From assembly GCA_030765405.1 (NCBI GenBank), contig JAVCCP010000071.1, positions 8,615 through 72,614 on the forward strand: 64,000 bases of DNA. The letters run 5' to 3'. Positions 55,218 through 64,000 of this stretch are shown one piece after another. This DNA is from Candidatus Ancaeobacter aquaticus (GTDB taxonomy: Bacteria > Auribacterota > Ancaeobacteria > Ancaeobacterales > Ancaeobacteraceae). Made by a program: the position numbers and the translations under genes. Below the pieces are notes generated by a model. That model did not search any database. It saw only the letters and a program-made list of their open reading frames with translations, and was not told the origin of the DNA. How positions within the stretch are numbered: the first letter of the stretch is position 1; every line of letters begins with the position of its first letter.

Positions 55218-57163
55218 TATACACCCACTTTTTGTTGTTCCACCAAAAACGGAACATGATTTCCTTCAGAAACGGCTTCTTTAATTAAACGTGGTTCTTT
55301 CGCATCACCTATTAAATACAGCTCTTTTACTTTTCCTTCAAGATCAAGATATAGCTTATTGTTACTTTCATGATGAACAGCAATCACAACTGAATCAAAA
55401 TCCCTTATATGACTTGTTCCCAGTTTGCGATTATAGATCTCTATTGACCCTTGATCGAAATTTACTACTTTTGTTTTGCGTAATAATGTTACACCCTCTT
55501 CTTCAATCTTAGGCTCTAAAAGGGCACGTACCCCCGAAGGAAGTCCAAGACCAACCAATCGTCTCATTTCAATAATAGTTACCTTTTTACCTTTTTCAAC
55601 AAGAAAATCTGCTAGTTCTGCCCCCTCAGGACCACCACCGATAATAACAATGCGATCTCCCATTTCCGAAGGATTACAAAGCGCATCTTTAACCGAATAC
55701 GCTTTAACCGTATCTAATCCTGGTAAAGGCGGGAAATGGTGCGTAGACCCCGTTGCGATTACAACAACGTCGGGATTACGACTAACAATATCATCCGCTT
55801 GACATTCCTTACCAAGCACAACCTCAATCTGGGCTTCCTCTACCTCTCGTTTAAGGTAATCTTTAAACTCTAAAATAGACTCTTTTCCCGGCGGCAATCC
55901 CGCTATGGCCATTTGTCCACCAACATCATTTTCTTTTTCAAACAAAGTCACTGAGTGGCCATCTTGAAAAAGACTTAACGCAGCCTGCATTCCAGCAGGT
56001 CCTGCACCTACAATACATATATTCTTTTTTTCCACAGCACTTTTCTTCTCACTGTCAACTTCTATACCTATATATGGATTAACCACACATACCATCTTTC
56101 CTCTGGTGATACTTTCAATACAACGATTACAAGACAAACATGGTCGTATATGAGACTCTCTGCCGTCTGCTATCTTTTTTGGTAAAAAAGGATCAGCAAT
56201 AAGAACTCGGCCCATACAGACACAATCAGCATCACCTCGGGAAATAATGTCTTCAGCCATTTGTGGGCGACGGATTCTCCCTACTGCAAAAACAGGTAAT
56301 GATACCGTACGCTTAATTTCTCTGGAGAGATGCACAAAACAACCTTCCGGGCGGTAATAGCAGGGCATATTAAGATGCGCAGACTCATAATTACATGCCG
56401 AAACATTCAACGCATCAATTTGACACGCTCCAAGAATAGCTGCAATCTTTTTTGCCTCATCAATATCAATGCCCCCATCAACATATTCATCTGCACTTAT
56501 ACGGCAAATGATTGGAAATGTTTGACCTACAAGCTCTCTTGTCCGGGCAATAATCTCTACTGAAAATCGGCAGCGATTTTCAGTGCTCCCCCCATACATA
56601 TCACTACGAATATTTGAATATGGCGATAGAAATTGACATACAAGGTATCCATGTGCCATATGAAATTCAACAGCATCTGCTCCAGCTTTTTGCGCTCGCA
56701 GCGCGCTTTGGGCAAACGATTCCACGAGATCGTGTATTTCATCTACCGCTAGTTCTTTCGGTTCTTCGCGTAATACCGGACAGGAAATAGCCGATGGTGC
56801 TAAGGGGTCACTGCCGGTAAAATCAGAAAGCGTTTGCCTTCCCGCATGTGAAAGCTGCAACGCTATTTTTCCGCCTTCTTCATGAACCGCATCACATAAT
56901 TTCTGAAAGCCCGGTATATAAGAATCATCGTGAATACATGCCATACCTTTATTTACTCTTCCGGACATTGCAACCCCGGTATTTTCAAAAATGATAAGCC
57001 CTACCCCGCCACGCGCACGATATCGATAATATGATATTATTTCATCGGTAATATAACCTTTACTATCAGCCAAATGCGTTTCCATAGCAGGCATAATAAT
57101 ACGATTAGGTATAGTCATAGACCCTATGGTAAAACCACTTAACAATCTATCATATGTCGGCAT
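55217..57163 (-). CDS. Old-yellow-enzyme family NADH:flavin oxidoreductase fused to an FAD/NAD(P)-binding domain (2,4-dienoyl-CoA reductase / FadH-like)
   Basis: The N-terminal OYE TIM barrel includes NRIIMPAMETH, GVGLIIFENT and HMAHGYL. A Cys cluster reads CLSCNRC...C. The Rossmann motif is VGAGPAGMQAA. Confidence 0.88.
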   Translation of the reverse strand: MPTYDRLLSGFTIGSMTIPNRIIMPAMETHLADSKGYITDEIISYYRYRARGGVGLIIFENTGVAMSGRVNKGMACIHDDSYIPGFQKLCDAVHEEGGKIALQLSHAGRQTLSDFTGSDPLAPSAISCPVLREEPKELAVDEIHDLVESFAQSALRAQKAGADAVEFHMAHGYLVCQFLSPYSNIRSDMYGGSTENRCRFSVEIIARTRELVGQTFPIICRISADEYVDGGIDIDEAKKIAAILGACQIDALNVSACNYESAHLNMPCYYRPEGCFVHLSREIKRTVSLPVFAVGRIRRPQMAEDIISRGDADCVCMGRVLIADPFLPKKIADGRESHIRPCLSCNRCIESITRGKMVCVVNPYIGIEVDSEKKSAVEKKNICIVGAGPAGMQAALSLFQDGHSVTLFEKENDVGGQMAIAGLPPGKESILEFKDYLKREVEEAQIEVVLGKECQADDIVSRNPDVVVIATGSTHHFPPLPGLDTVKAYSVKDALCNPSEMGDRIVIIGGGPEGAELADFLVEKGKKVTIIEMRRLVGLGLPSGVRALLEPKIEEEGVTLLRKTKVVNFDQGSIEIYNRKLGTSHIRDFDSVVIAVHHESNNKLYLDLEGKVKELYLIGDAKEPRLIKEAVSEGNHVPFLVEQQKVGV

Positions 57164-57222
57164 TTCTTTTATCCTCTCCGTGCACTATATAAGCTCACAA
57201 AACATGTAATAACGCACATTCA

Positions 57223-57357
57223 TTAATCACCTGATATCATGCTTCCAAAATTAGAGATGTCTCTTCCTGTTCCCTTTACTGTCTCGCAGCCTGAAAGCAA
57301 AATCGGAAATAGTACAACAGCACAGAGTAAAAATAGTATGGCAATCTTTTTAATCAT
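57223..57357 (-). CDS. Entericidin (EcnA/EcnB)-like small lipoprotein, unannotated sORF
   Basis: My own translation is MIKKIAILFLLCAVVLFPILLSGCETVKGTGRDISNFGSMISGD. It has the lipobox LSGC and a GxGxDIxxxG pattern resembling entericidins. It is below the ORF-track cut-off. Confidence 0.55.
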   Translation of the reverse strand: MIKKIAILFLLCAVVLFPILLSGCETVKGTGRDISNFGSMISGD

Positions 57358-57433
57358 TGGGGTCCCCTTATACATAGTTTAATTATAGTAATATAATCTC
57401 CTAATTATATGTATCATACATTTTATTTCAACC

Positions 57434-58354
57434 TTATAATGCCCCGTCATCTACAAACTTTACTTCATAGAGAACATCATGTGCTTTTTGCAACGCTTGA
57501 GATCTCTTTATCTCATTGGTTTCTTTCTGTGCATACTTTTTGTAATACGTATTCGCATCATCAACTCTTTTCAGTTCTTCATATGCCATTGCAACACCGA
57601 GATAGCCGGAAGAAAAATTCTCATCTAATTCAATCGTACGCATAAATTCTATCACTGCCTCATTGTAGCGCTTCATAGCCATAAGCGCTCTCCCTTTACG
57701 GTAATACGCCGAAATATATTTTGGTCGTTTTCTCAATACTTTATTGTATTCCGTCAGGGCATCCCTGTATTTTCCCTGTGACTCATATATATTTGCAAGA
57801 TTATATCTCGAATATACATTGTTACGGTCAAGACTGAGTGATTTCTTAAACGCATATACCGCTTGATCATATTCATGCCGCTGTGAATGGATAACTCCTA
57901 TATTAAAGTACGCCTTTGCTGTTGGATAATTCTTTATCGATCGATCAAATTCCTGTAACGCTTTTTGAAAATCGTTTTTTTTCTTATACGCAATACCTAA
58001 ACAATAATGTACCCCTTTATAAAAATAATTATACTCAGTAAGTCTTATGAGGTAGTCAATTGCCTGATCATACTCATCACGCATAATACTTATCACCCCT
58101 AAGTAATAATATGCTGTCTCTGATCGAGAATTCTGCATTAAGGCATCTTTAAAACTGTCCTCTGCACGTTTAATGAGTCCTTTATTATAATACTCGATAC
58201 CACGTGACAAGGTATCTATACCGTAGACACTCCTCACGGAGAAATTCAGTAGAATTATACAAGGAAGGATACAAAGAAATAAAAAATTAAAAATTCTCAA
58301 GGAGTTTCTTTTTTCTTTCTTTAAACTCTGCTTCGGTAATAATACCATCATCAA
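57434..58354 (-). CDS. Membrane-anchored or secreted TPR-repeat protein
   Basis: N-terminal hydrophobic segment plus about 6 TPR units (YYNKGL..., YYYLGV..., HYCLGIAY..., YFNIGV..., RYNLANIY..., YYRKGRA...). It overlaps the upstream gene by 68 nt, so the start is uncertain. Confidence 0.7.
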   Translation of the reverse strand: MMMVLLPKQSLKKEKRNSLRIFNFLFLCILPCIILLNFSVRSVYGIDTLSRGIEYYNKGLIKRAEDSFKDALMQNSRSETAYYYLGVISIMRDEYDQAIDYLIRLTEYNYFYKGVHYCLGIAYKKKNDFQKALQEFDRSIKNYPTAKAYFNIGVIHSQRHEYDQAVYAFKKSLSLDRNNVYSRYNLANIYESQGKYRDALTEYNKVLRKRPKYISAYYRKGRALMAMKRYNEAVIEFMRTIELDENFSSGYLGVAMAYEELKRVDDANTYYKKYAQKETNEIKRSQALQKAHDVLYEVKFVDDGAL

Positions 58355-60518
58355 ATAACTTTCGCAAATTATGCAATTTTTTACTCATCAGATCAGGATC
58401 AATCTCTTCAGATACTACTTTTGTCGGTTCTTCTTTATCAGTCTTTATGTCGTTTCCTTTTTCCAGATCACTAATAACGGCAAGTTCCTCAGCCGCCTTG
58501 TCAATTTGCCCCATATTCATATATACTGATGCAAGCGCACGATGAGCATCTCCGTAGCGTGGATTCACCGTCAGTGCCAGCTTAAAATGAGATATTGCTT
58601 CCTCTAACTGTCCAATATTGACATATAGCTTGCCAAGCTTACAATTAATATCCGGATATTCGGGATGCAACCCCAATATTTCTTTCAAGGGAACTGTTGC
58701 CTCCTCAAACCGCTTTTGTGAAACATATAAATCAGCTAGTTCTCCCCGGCCCTTAATATCTGTCGGTGTAATACGAGATTTCAGATCCTCAATTTTATCT
58801 TCAATACGTTTTTGCTTTTTCGCACCTTCTTCTTTTTTGCCTAATTCTGCCTGCATCTTTTCAAGCATCATACGCGCTTTTTCCGCTTTAACCTGCTGTA
58901 TTTTTTCAGTATCACCCTGTTCTTTTGCTATGCGCTCTTCTTCAGCTCTCTTTTCGTTCAGTAAACGGTCTGCTTCTTGCTTCTCTTTTTCAAGTCGCTG
59001 GGTTTCAACTTTCAACTTTTCTTGCGCTTCTTTTTCAACTTGTTCACGTGCTTGTCTCTCTTCTGACGCTTTTGCTTCAGCTTGCTTTTGTGCTTCTGCT
59101 TTTGCATCTACTTCCTTAAGTGCTTCTTCTTTTTCTTTTACAAGCGTGTCAATTTCCGCTTTCATTTTTTCAAGTGCAACGGCTTGTTCCTTTTCTTTCT
59201 CTTTAAGCTCCTTCTCAAGTTTTTCGCGGGACTTCTTTTCGGTTTCTTCAAACTCTTGTTTTTCTTTTACTGCCTTCTTCTTCGATTCTTTTTCGGCCTC
59301 TTGCGCCATTCGATCTTTTTCTGCCAATTCTTTTTCTATCTCTTGCGCTACGCGCTCTTTCTCTGCCAACTCTTTTTCAAGCTTTTCGCGCATTTTCTTT
59401 TCTTCTTCGACTTTTTCCTGCGCGCGCTTCTCAGCTTCTGCTTTTTCTTTTTCAAGTTTGACAGCTGCTTCTTTTTCCTTCTCCAGCCGCGCTTTTTCCT
59501 CTTTATCTCTTTGAGATTTTTCAGCTTCCGCTTTTTCTCGAGCTTTGCGTTCTTCTTCAGCCTTCTCTATCGCCATACGCTGGGCCGCTTCCTTTTCTTT
59601 TGCAATTTTACTCGCCTCTTCAGCCGCATCTACGTCTTCAGTCTTTTTATCTTTTTGCTTTACTGCTTTTTCTTCTTGAGAAGTTTTCTTCTTCTCCTGA
59701 GCAATCTCATCAAGGAATGATTGTGCATCAGACTCATTTGGATCGATTTCTAATATCTTTTTAAACTGCGATTGGGCATCTTCAAACATTTCTTTAGAAA
59801 GGTAAAGATTACCAAGATTGTAAAAAGTATCTATATCTTCAGGATTAATCTCTATACCCTTGCGATATTCTTCAATAGCAGTATCAGCCTCACCTCGCAG
59901 AACATAAATATTTCCAAGGTTGTAGTGTATGCCAGGAAACTCAGGATTAATAAGCACAACTTCATTGAACTCTTTTAAAGCATCTTCATATTGTTCTTTC
60001 TCCTGATAACATATACCAAGAGAATTACATGCAGCAGTATGTTTCGCGTTGATAGAAATGACCTTCTTAAATTGTTCAATTGCTTCATCTATTTTTTTGT
60101 TTTGCAGACATTCAAGACCTTTATTGTAATACAGGGTATCTTCATTACCTTCAAGCTTAATAATACGTTCTTTGACAATATCTTTGTCGGACGCATTAGG
60201 AGATACCTCAAGATACTTTTTATAATACTGATTTGACAAGTCTTTATCACCTGTTTTACCGTAAAACTCTCCAAGATTATAGTATGCATCAGCAAATTTA
60301 GGATCTAACGCTATTGCATTCTTTGTTTCTTCAATTGCTTCTTTATATTTTCCTGATTTAGCAAGTTTGCATGCCTTATTAAATGCTGCAACACTCTTAG
60401 ACGCTCCAAAGATCATTGCAACAGGCAATAGCCCGACAATATCTTGTATATTATTAAGTATATCGTGCATAAATACGTATCCTTTCATTTCTATTATATA
60501 TACCGAATTGTACACCAT
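58287..60518 (-). CDS. TPR protein with a ~290-aa Glu/Lys-rich coiled-coil insert and a C-terminal SHOCT domain
   Basis: TPR units flank a long EKxxAE-type charged helix. The C-terminus LRKLFDDGIITEAEFKERKKKLL matches the SHOCT pattern. Confidence 0.75.
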   Translation of the reverse strand: MVYNSVYIIEMKGYVFMHDILNNIQDIVGLLPVAMIFGASKSVAAFNKACKLAKSGKYKEAIEETKNAIALDPKFADAYYNLGEFYGKTGDKDLSNQYYKKYLEVSPNASDKDIVKERIIKLEGNEDTLYYNKGLECLQNKKIDEAIEQFKKVISINAKHTAACNSLGICYQEKEQYEDALKEFNEVVLINPEFPGIHYNLGNIYVLRGEADTAIEEYRKGIEINPEDIDTFYNLGNLYLSKEMFEDAQSQFKKILEIDPNESDAQSFLDEIAQEKKKTSQEEKAVKQKDKKTEDVDAAEEASKIAKEKEAAQRMAIEKAEEERKAREKAEAEKSQRDKEEKARLEKEKEAAVKLEKEKAEAEKRAQEKVEEEKKMREKLEKELAEKERVAQEIEKELAEKDRMAQEAEKESKKKAVKEKQEFEETEKKSREKLEKELKEKEKEQAVALEKMKAEIDTLVKEKEEALKEVDAKAEAQKQAEAKASEERQAREQVEKEAQEKLKVETQRLEKEKQEADRLLNEKRAEEERIAKEQGDTEKIQQVKAEKARMMLEKMQAELGKKEEGAKKQKRIEDKIEDLKSRITPTDIKGRGELADLYVSQKRFEEATVPLKEILGLHPEYPDINCKLGKLYVNIGQLEEAISHFKLALTVNPRYGDAHRALASVYMNMGQIDKAAEELAVISDLEKGNDIKTDKEEPTKVVSEEIDPDLMSKKLHNLRKLFDDGIITEAEFKERKKKLLENF

Positions 60519-60617
60519 TTTTAAATATATTCAAGAAACTTTACGTATATTTTACTTGCGCACATTGTGTATATATTTATAATAAGAAGCCATTTATAAA
60601 CAAACTGCGAGCATATT

Positions 60618-61805
60618 ATGAGTGCTATTTTATATTACACTTTTCTCATTATTTCATTGGTTGGTATTGCTATATGGATAGACCGGTATCTTGAAACTCA
60701 CAGAAGTGTCGCGAAAGACCCCAAACTCAATATTGACTCGTATACACAACATTCTGATAGTCTTCCTTTCATATCCGTCCTTATCCCTGCATTAAATGAA
60801 GAAAAGAATATCGGCACCTGCCTCTCCTCACTTATGAATCAACAATACCCGCATTTTGAGGTTATTGTCATAAATGACCGTTCCACTGATAACACTCGCT
60901 CAATTGTTGAAGATTTTCAAAAAAAATATTCCAATATCACCCTTATTAATAACGACCAACTACATGAAGGATGGTCTGGAAAAAATTATGCGCTTAACAA
61001 AGGGGTCGCGCACGCAAAAGGCCAGTGGTATCTTTTTACCGATGCTGATACATATCATCATCCCCAAAGTCTTTTTCAATCTACAAGCTATGTCATAGAT
61101 AAAAAAGTGGATATGCTTACTTTGATTCCCTACCTCGAAGGCATAAGCTTTTGGGAAAAACTTTTACAACCCATTGCGGGAGCAATTCTTCTTGTATCAT
61201 TTCCGATAAAATATTCCAATAACCCAAAAAAGAAAACAGCATTCGCCAACGGACAATACATCTTGATCAATAAAGACGTATACCATTCATTCGGTGGTCA
61301 TGAAGCGCTAAAAAGTTGCCTACTTGAAGATATCGCCATGGCTAAAATAGTTAAAACGAGCGGATACTCACTCAATGTCGCGGTGAGCCCCGATGTTTAC
61401 AAGACTAGAATGTATAAGAATTTTAAGGAAATATGGAATGGATGGACAAGAATATTTCATATTATTTACGACAAAAGAATATCACTGATATTCCTGAATG
61501 CATTACTCTTATTTGTCTTTTCACTTCTTCCGCTTTTCTTAATGTTATTCTGCATTATCTTCTTTATTATTACTCGAGAAATAGACATCCCTATTCTTAT
61601 CCTTCTAGTTGTAACCATTATTGAAATCATTTTCATACGCTTAACCACATTTCGGTTCTATAGGCTGGCCAAAATGAACCCTTACATATCACTCTTAAAT
61701 CCACTAGGATGCATTATCATGCTCGGAGTGCTTATGAATGCCATACTAAAAACATTCTCTAAAAAAGGCATGACCTGGCGAGGAACAACATATCAGAAAG
61801 TGTAA
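60618..61805 (+). CDS. Membrane-bound family 2 glycosyltransferase
   Basis: VLIPALNEE, INDRSTDNT and FTDADT (DxD) motifs, plus N- and C-terminal transmembrane helices. Confidence 0.8.
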   Translation: MSAILYYTFLIISLVGIAIWIDRYLETHRSVAKDPKLNIDSYTQHSDSLPFISVLIPALNEEKNIGTCLSSLMNQQYPHFEVIVINDRSTDNTRSIVEDFQKKYSNITLINNDQLHEGWSGKNYALNKGVAHAKGQWYLFTDADTYHHPQSLFQSTSYVIDKKVDMLTLIPYLEGISFWEKLLQPIAGAILLVSFPIKYSNNPKKKTAFANGQYILINKDVYHSFGGHEALKSCLLEDIAMAKIVKTSGYSLNVAVSPDVYKTRMYKNFKEIWNGWTRIFHIIYDKRISLIFLNALLLFVFSLLPLFLMLFCIIFFIITREIDIPILILLVVTIIEIIFIRLTTFRFYRLAKMNPYISLLNPLGCIIMLGVLMNAILKTFSKKGMTWRGTTYQKV

Positions 61806-61807
61806 AC

Positions 61808-61842
61808 CGTGAATCGTAGATCGTGATTCGTGGATCGAAAAA
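61808..61842 (+). repeat. Heptamer array, CGTGAWT family (5 units), starting 3 nt after the GT2 stop
   Basis: cgtgaat cgtagat cgtgatt cgtggat cgaaaaa. Confidence 0.85.
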
Positions 61843-61868
61843 AAACGCCAAACGAAGAGGGGGAAACG

Positions 61869-63176
61869 CTAGAAATCCTCTACGGCTACTCTGAAGGCAG
61901 TGTTCAAATACACCATCATTTCTTCCATAGAGTATTTTCCATCAGCGGAAATATTAGATAAGCTGACTTTGCTGAAGCAGTGTGCTAAACGTTTTTGAAT
62001 ACTTTTCTTTGAGTAGAAATTTTGCCATATCCATAAGAGCCCCTCATCAAGTTCTTCAGGCGTCATCAATTTTGGATAAAATGTTGCATGCTGACCATTA
62101 AATTTTGCCATATCAGTTTCGAATACTCTATTTTCTCTCTTGAGTTGCGCGTAAAACTCAGCTCCTTCCATAGGAAATATCGCTGAGAACAGTGCAAGCT
62201 CAATTTTTGTCTCCTCGGCAAAATGGAGTGTCTTTTCAAATACACTCGCATCATCATGTTCAAAACCAAACATAAAAGATCCGTAAAGAGCTATTCCCGC
62301 GTCATGAACCATTTTAATATAATCCGGATATTTTTCAGGCTGCGCCCACGACTTATTAACATCTTCTAGATTCTGTTTATTTAATGTTTCAATGCCGGCA
62401 AAGAGAAACTTGCATCCGCTCTTGTATGCTAAATCAAGGAGTTCAGTATCTTTCGCGCTAAACAGTGTAAACTGCCCGCTCCACACTATATTAAGATGTG
62501 CAATTTTCCTGAATAACTCTTTAGCATATTTCGTATCAGCCGCAATATTATCATCAACAAAAAATACCGGTTTATCGGTGAGCTGTTCAAGCTGTTTCAC
62601 AACATCTTTTATTGGACGATGCCGATACGTCTTACCATAAAACCTGGATACTGAACAATAATCACACGCATAGGGACACCCTCTGGTTGTTTCTACATGA
62701 TAACAGTCAGCTCCCTGCATAAATTCTCTTTTAACAATTGGTGTTTCCTTAAGATCAATATACCCATCTTGCTTGTATATCGGTTTTAAAGGCCGATCAT
62801 TTTTTAAATCATCAAGCAAATGAAGCCATAAATGCTCACCCTCGCCCCTCACAATAGAGTCAACATATGGGGCTGCTTTTTCCGGCCATAATGACGGAAA
62901 AAACCCTCCCATTACAACCGGTACATTTCTTTTTTTAAATTCTTGCGCAATAGAAATAGCTTGTGGCCCAACATGAAGCATAACGGAAATACCTACAAGA
63001 TCGACATTCTGATCATAGTCGATATGCTGGTTATTCTCGTCTATAATACTGACTTCGAAATCAGACGGGACCATACTTGCTAAAAGAGGAAGAGCAAGAG
63101 GTGTTGCAGACATATAGTTAACTGATGACTGCCCTCTTCCGACCCGCTTTGGATTTATAAGTAAAATCTTTTTCAT
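61869..63176 (-). CDS. B12-binding-domain radical SAM protein
   Basis: The N-terminal B12-binding-like domain includes ILLINP...LALPLLASM...DLVGISV. The radical SAM cluster reads ETTRGCPYACDYCSV. Confidence 0.85.
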   Translation of the reverse strand: MKKILLINPKRVGRGQSSVNYMSATPLALPLLASMVPSDFEVSIIDENNQHIDYDQNVDLVGISVMLHVGPQAISIAQEFKKRNVPVVMGGFFPSLWPEKAAPYVDSIVRGEGEHLWLHLLDDLKNDRPLKPIYKQDGYIDLKETPIVKREFMQGADCYHVETTRGCPYACDYCSVSRFYGKTYRHRPIKDVVKQLEQLTDKPVFFVDDNIAADTKYAKELFRKIAHLNIVWSGQFTLFSAKDTELLDLAYKSGCKFLFAGIETLNKQNLEDVNKSWAQPEKYPDYIKMVHDAGIALYGSFMFGFEHDDASVFEKTLHFAEETKIELALFSAIFPMEGAEFYAQLKRENRVFETDMAKFNGQHATFYPKLMTPEELDEGLLWIWQNFYSKKSIQKRLAHCFSKVSLSNISADGKYSMEEMMVYLNTAFRVAVEDF

Positions 63177-63224
63177 AATGGTATTTTATTCTAGAAGAGA
63201 GTACCGTGCTCCTTCATAACAATA

Positions 63225-64000
63225 TCATAAATTTTTATGTAAGAAATCAGTCACTCTATTTTTGTATAGTTCGCCATTAATAACAATACTTTCATTATGC
63301 CGCGCACCAGGCACCTCAAGAAGCACTTTAGGATCATTAGCATAACCATAAAGCATCCGTGCCTGATCAACACCAATATAGGTGTCACGTTGTCCATGTA
63401 TCATAAGTAGCGGACATGCTCGGGTTTTAATCGCATTCTCAACTGACGGAAGTTTGTATCCCAACTTTATCTCAGTTACTTTTATAACAACGTTTTCCAA
63501 TATAATATACATAAAATGAGGCATTTGCGTAACAGGTAGAAATAAACTTGTCCATTTCTTCATATATGAGTTTAAAGTCTTCTTTGTCGAAAACGCACTG
63601 TCTGTTACGACACATTTTATCTCGGGACATTCTTGTGCAGTGCATAATGCCGCACCCCCTCCACGCGATACACCAAAGAGTCCAATACGACTGGTATCAA
63701 TATCACTCCTGCTCTTAATATACTCAATAGCTCCTAAAAGATCGTAGACTTCATATGTGCTCACCCACTGTCTTGATATGTATCCATCAAGATTTGAACT
63801 ATTGCCATGGCCACGAAAATCAACCGAAAGTATATTATACCCTTTATCACACAAAAAAGATGCGTACTTGGTGACCGACGTGCTGTCCGCATCAACTTCA
63901 GGACAAAAAATTATGGTCCCGTTATCCTTCTCTTTTGCCGGCATAAAAACGCCGCATAACATCACGCCGTCAGCGCTATAAAACTGGACAGATTCACCAC
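63225..64000 (-). CDS. Alpha/beta hydrolase (prolyl oligopeptidase / dienelactone hydrolase-like); 5' end probably beyond the window
   Basis: Nucleophile elbow GVSRGG and the HGxxD / ARHNE pattern. The frame remains open upstream of the listed start to base 64000 (..GESVQFYSADGVMLCGVF..). Confidence 0.75.
   Translation of the reverse strand, partial: GESVQFYSADGVMLCGVFMPAKEKDNGTIIFCPEVDADSTSVTKYASFLCDKGYNILSVDFRGHGNSSNLDGYISRQWVSTYEVYDLLGAIEYIKSRSDIDTSRIGLFGVSRGGGAALCTAQECPEIKCVVTDSAFSTKKTLNSYMKKWTSLFLPVTQMPHFMYIILENVVIKVTEIKLGYKLPSVENAIKTRACPLLMIHGQRDTYIGVDQARMLYGYANDPKVLLEVPGARHNESIVINGELYKNRVTDFLHKNL

Noticed and set aside
58618-59720. Long plus-strand ORFs (298 aa, 212 aa, 64 aa) rich in Ser/Phe/Leu/Cys
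   Set aside because: They are antisense shadows of the Glu/Lys-rich (GAA/AAG-type codon) segment of the minus-strand TPR/SHOCT gene. Their composition is extreme low-complexity and they lack start context.
1-64000. Search for mobile elements, prophage, toxin-antitoxin pairs, restriction-modification or other defence islands
   Set aside because: No integrase, transposase, recombinase, phage structural, methyltransferase/endonuclease or cas-like ORFs were recognisable. PhoH2 (PIN-PhoH) is a widespread housekeeping-type fusion and stands alone.

Overview
AT-rich chromosomal segment from a diderm (Gram-negative-type) bacterium, probably an uncultivated lineage; I cannot assign taxonomy from sequence alone. 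I saw no transposase, integrase, phage, cas or recognisable defence genes, so this looks like core chromosome rather than an island. There are about 50 protein genes. They include one complete TetR-OMF-MFP-RND efflux operon, a separate OMF-MFP pair, and two tandem RND pumps with no partners. Also present are smc, a queD-queC-queE cluster fused to a dehydratase/activase gene, a two-subunit class I fumarate hydratase, an aminotransferase, smpB, RNase HIII and PhoH2. Further genes are an NRAMP-family transporter translationally coupled to an MgtE_N/CBS protein, an ArnT-like glycosyltransferase, a CHASE2 nucleotide cyclase with SH3 and M48 genes downstream, cysE, an OYE/FadH-like reductase, TPR proteins, a GT2 and a B12-radical SAM gene. 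RNA genes are tmRNA (ssrA, next to smpB) and tRNA-Leu(CAG). The most unusual signals are non-coding. (1) Short in-phase tandem arrays of 7-nt units, in at least six core families, sit at or overlap gene 3' ends across the window; one runs into the smc reading frame. (2) A roughly 270-nt GC-rich element closed by a 29-33 bp stem lies directly upstream of the ribosome-binding site of the SH3/M48 genes, downstream of the cyclase; it is a candidate structured RNA or leader. (3) An 80-nt element occurs twice at 85% identity. Two small ORFs missing from the supplied track (an entericidin-like lipoprotein and a 37-aa basic peptide) and two partial genes at the window edges are added. All product calls rest on motif recognition by eye; no searches were run.
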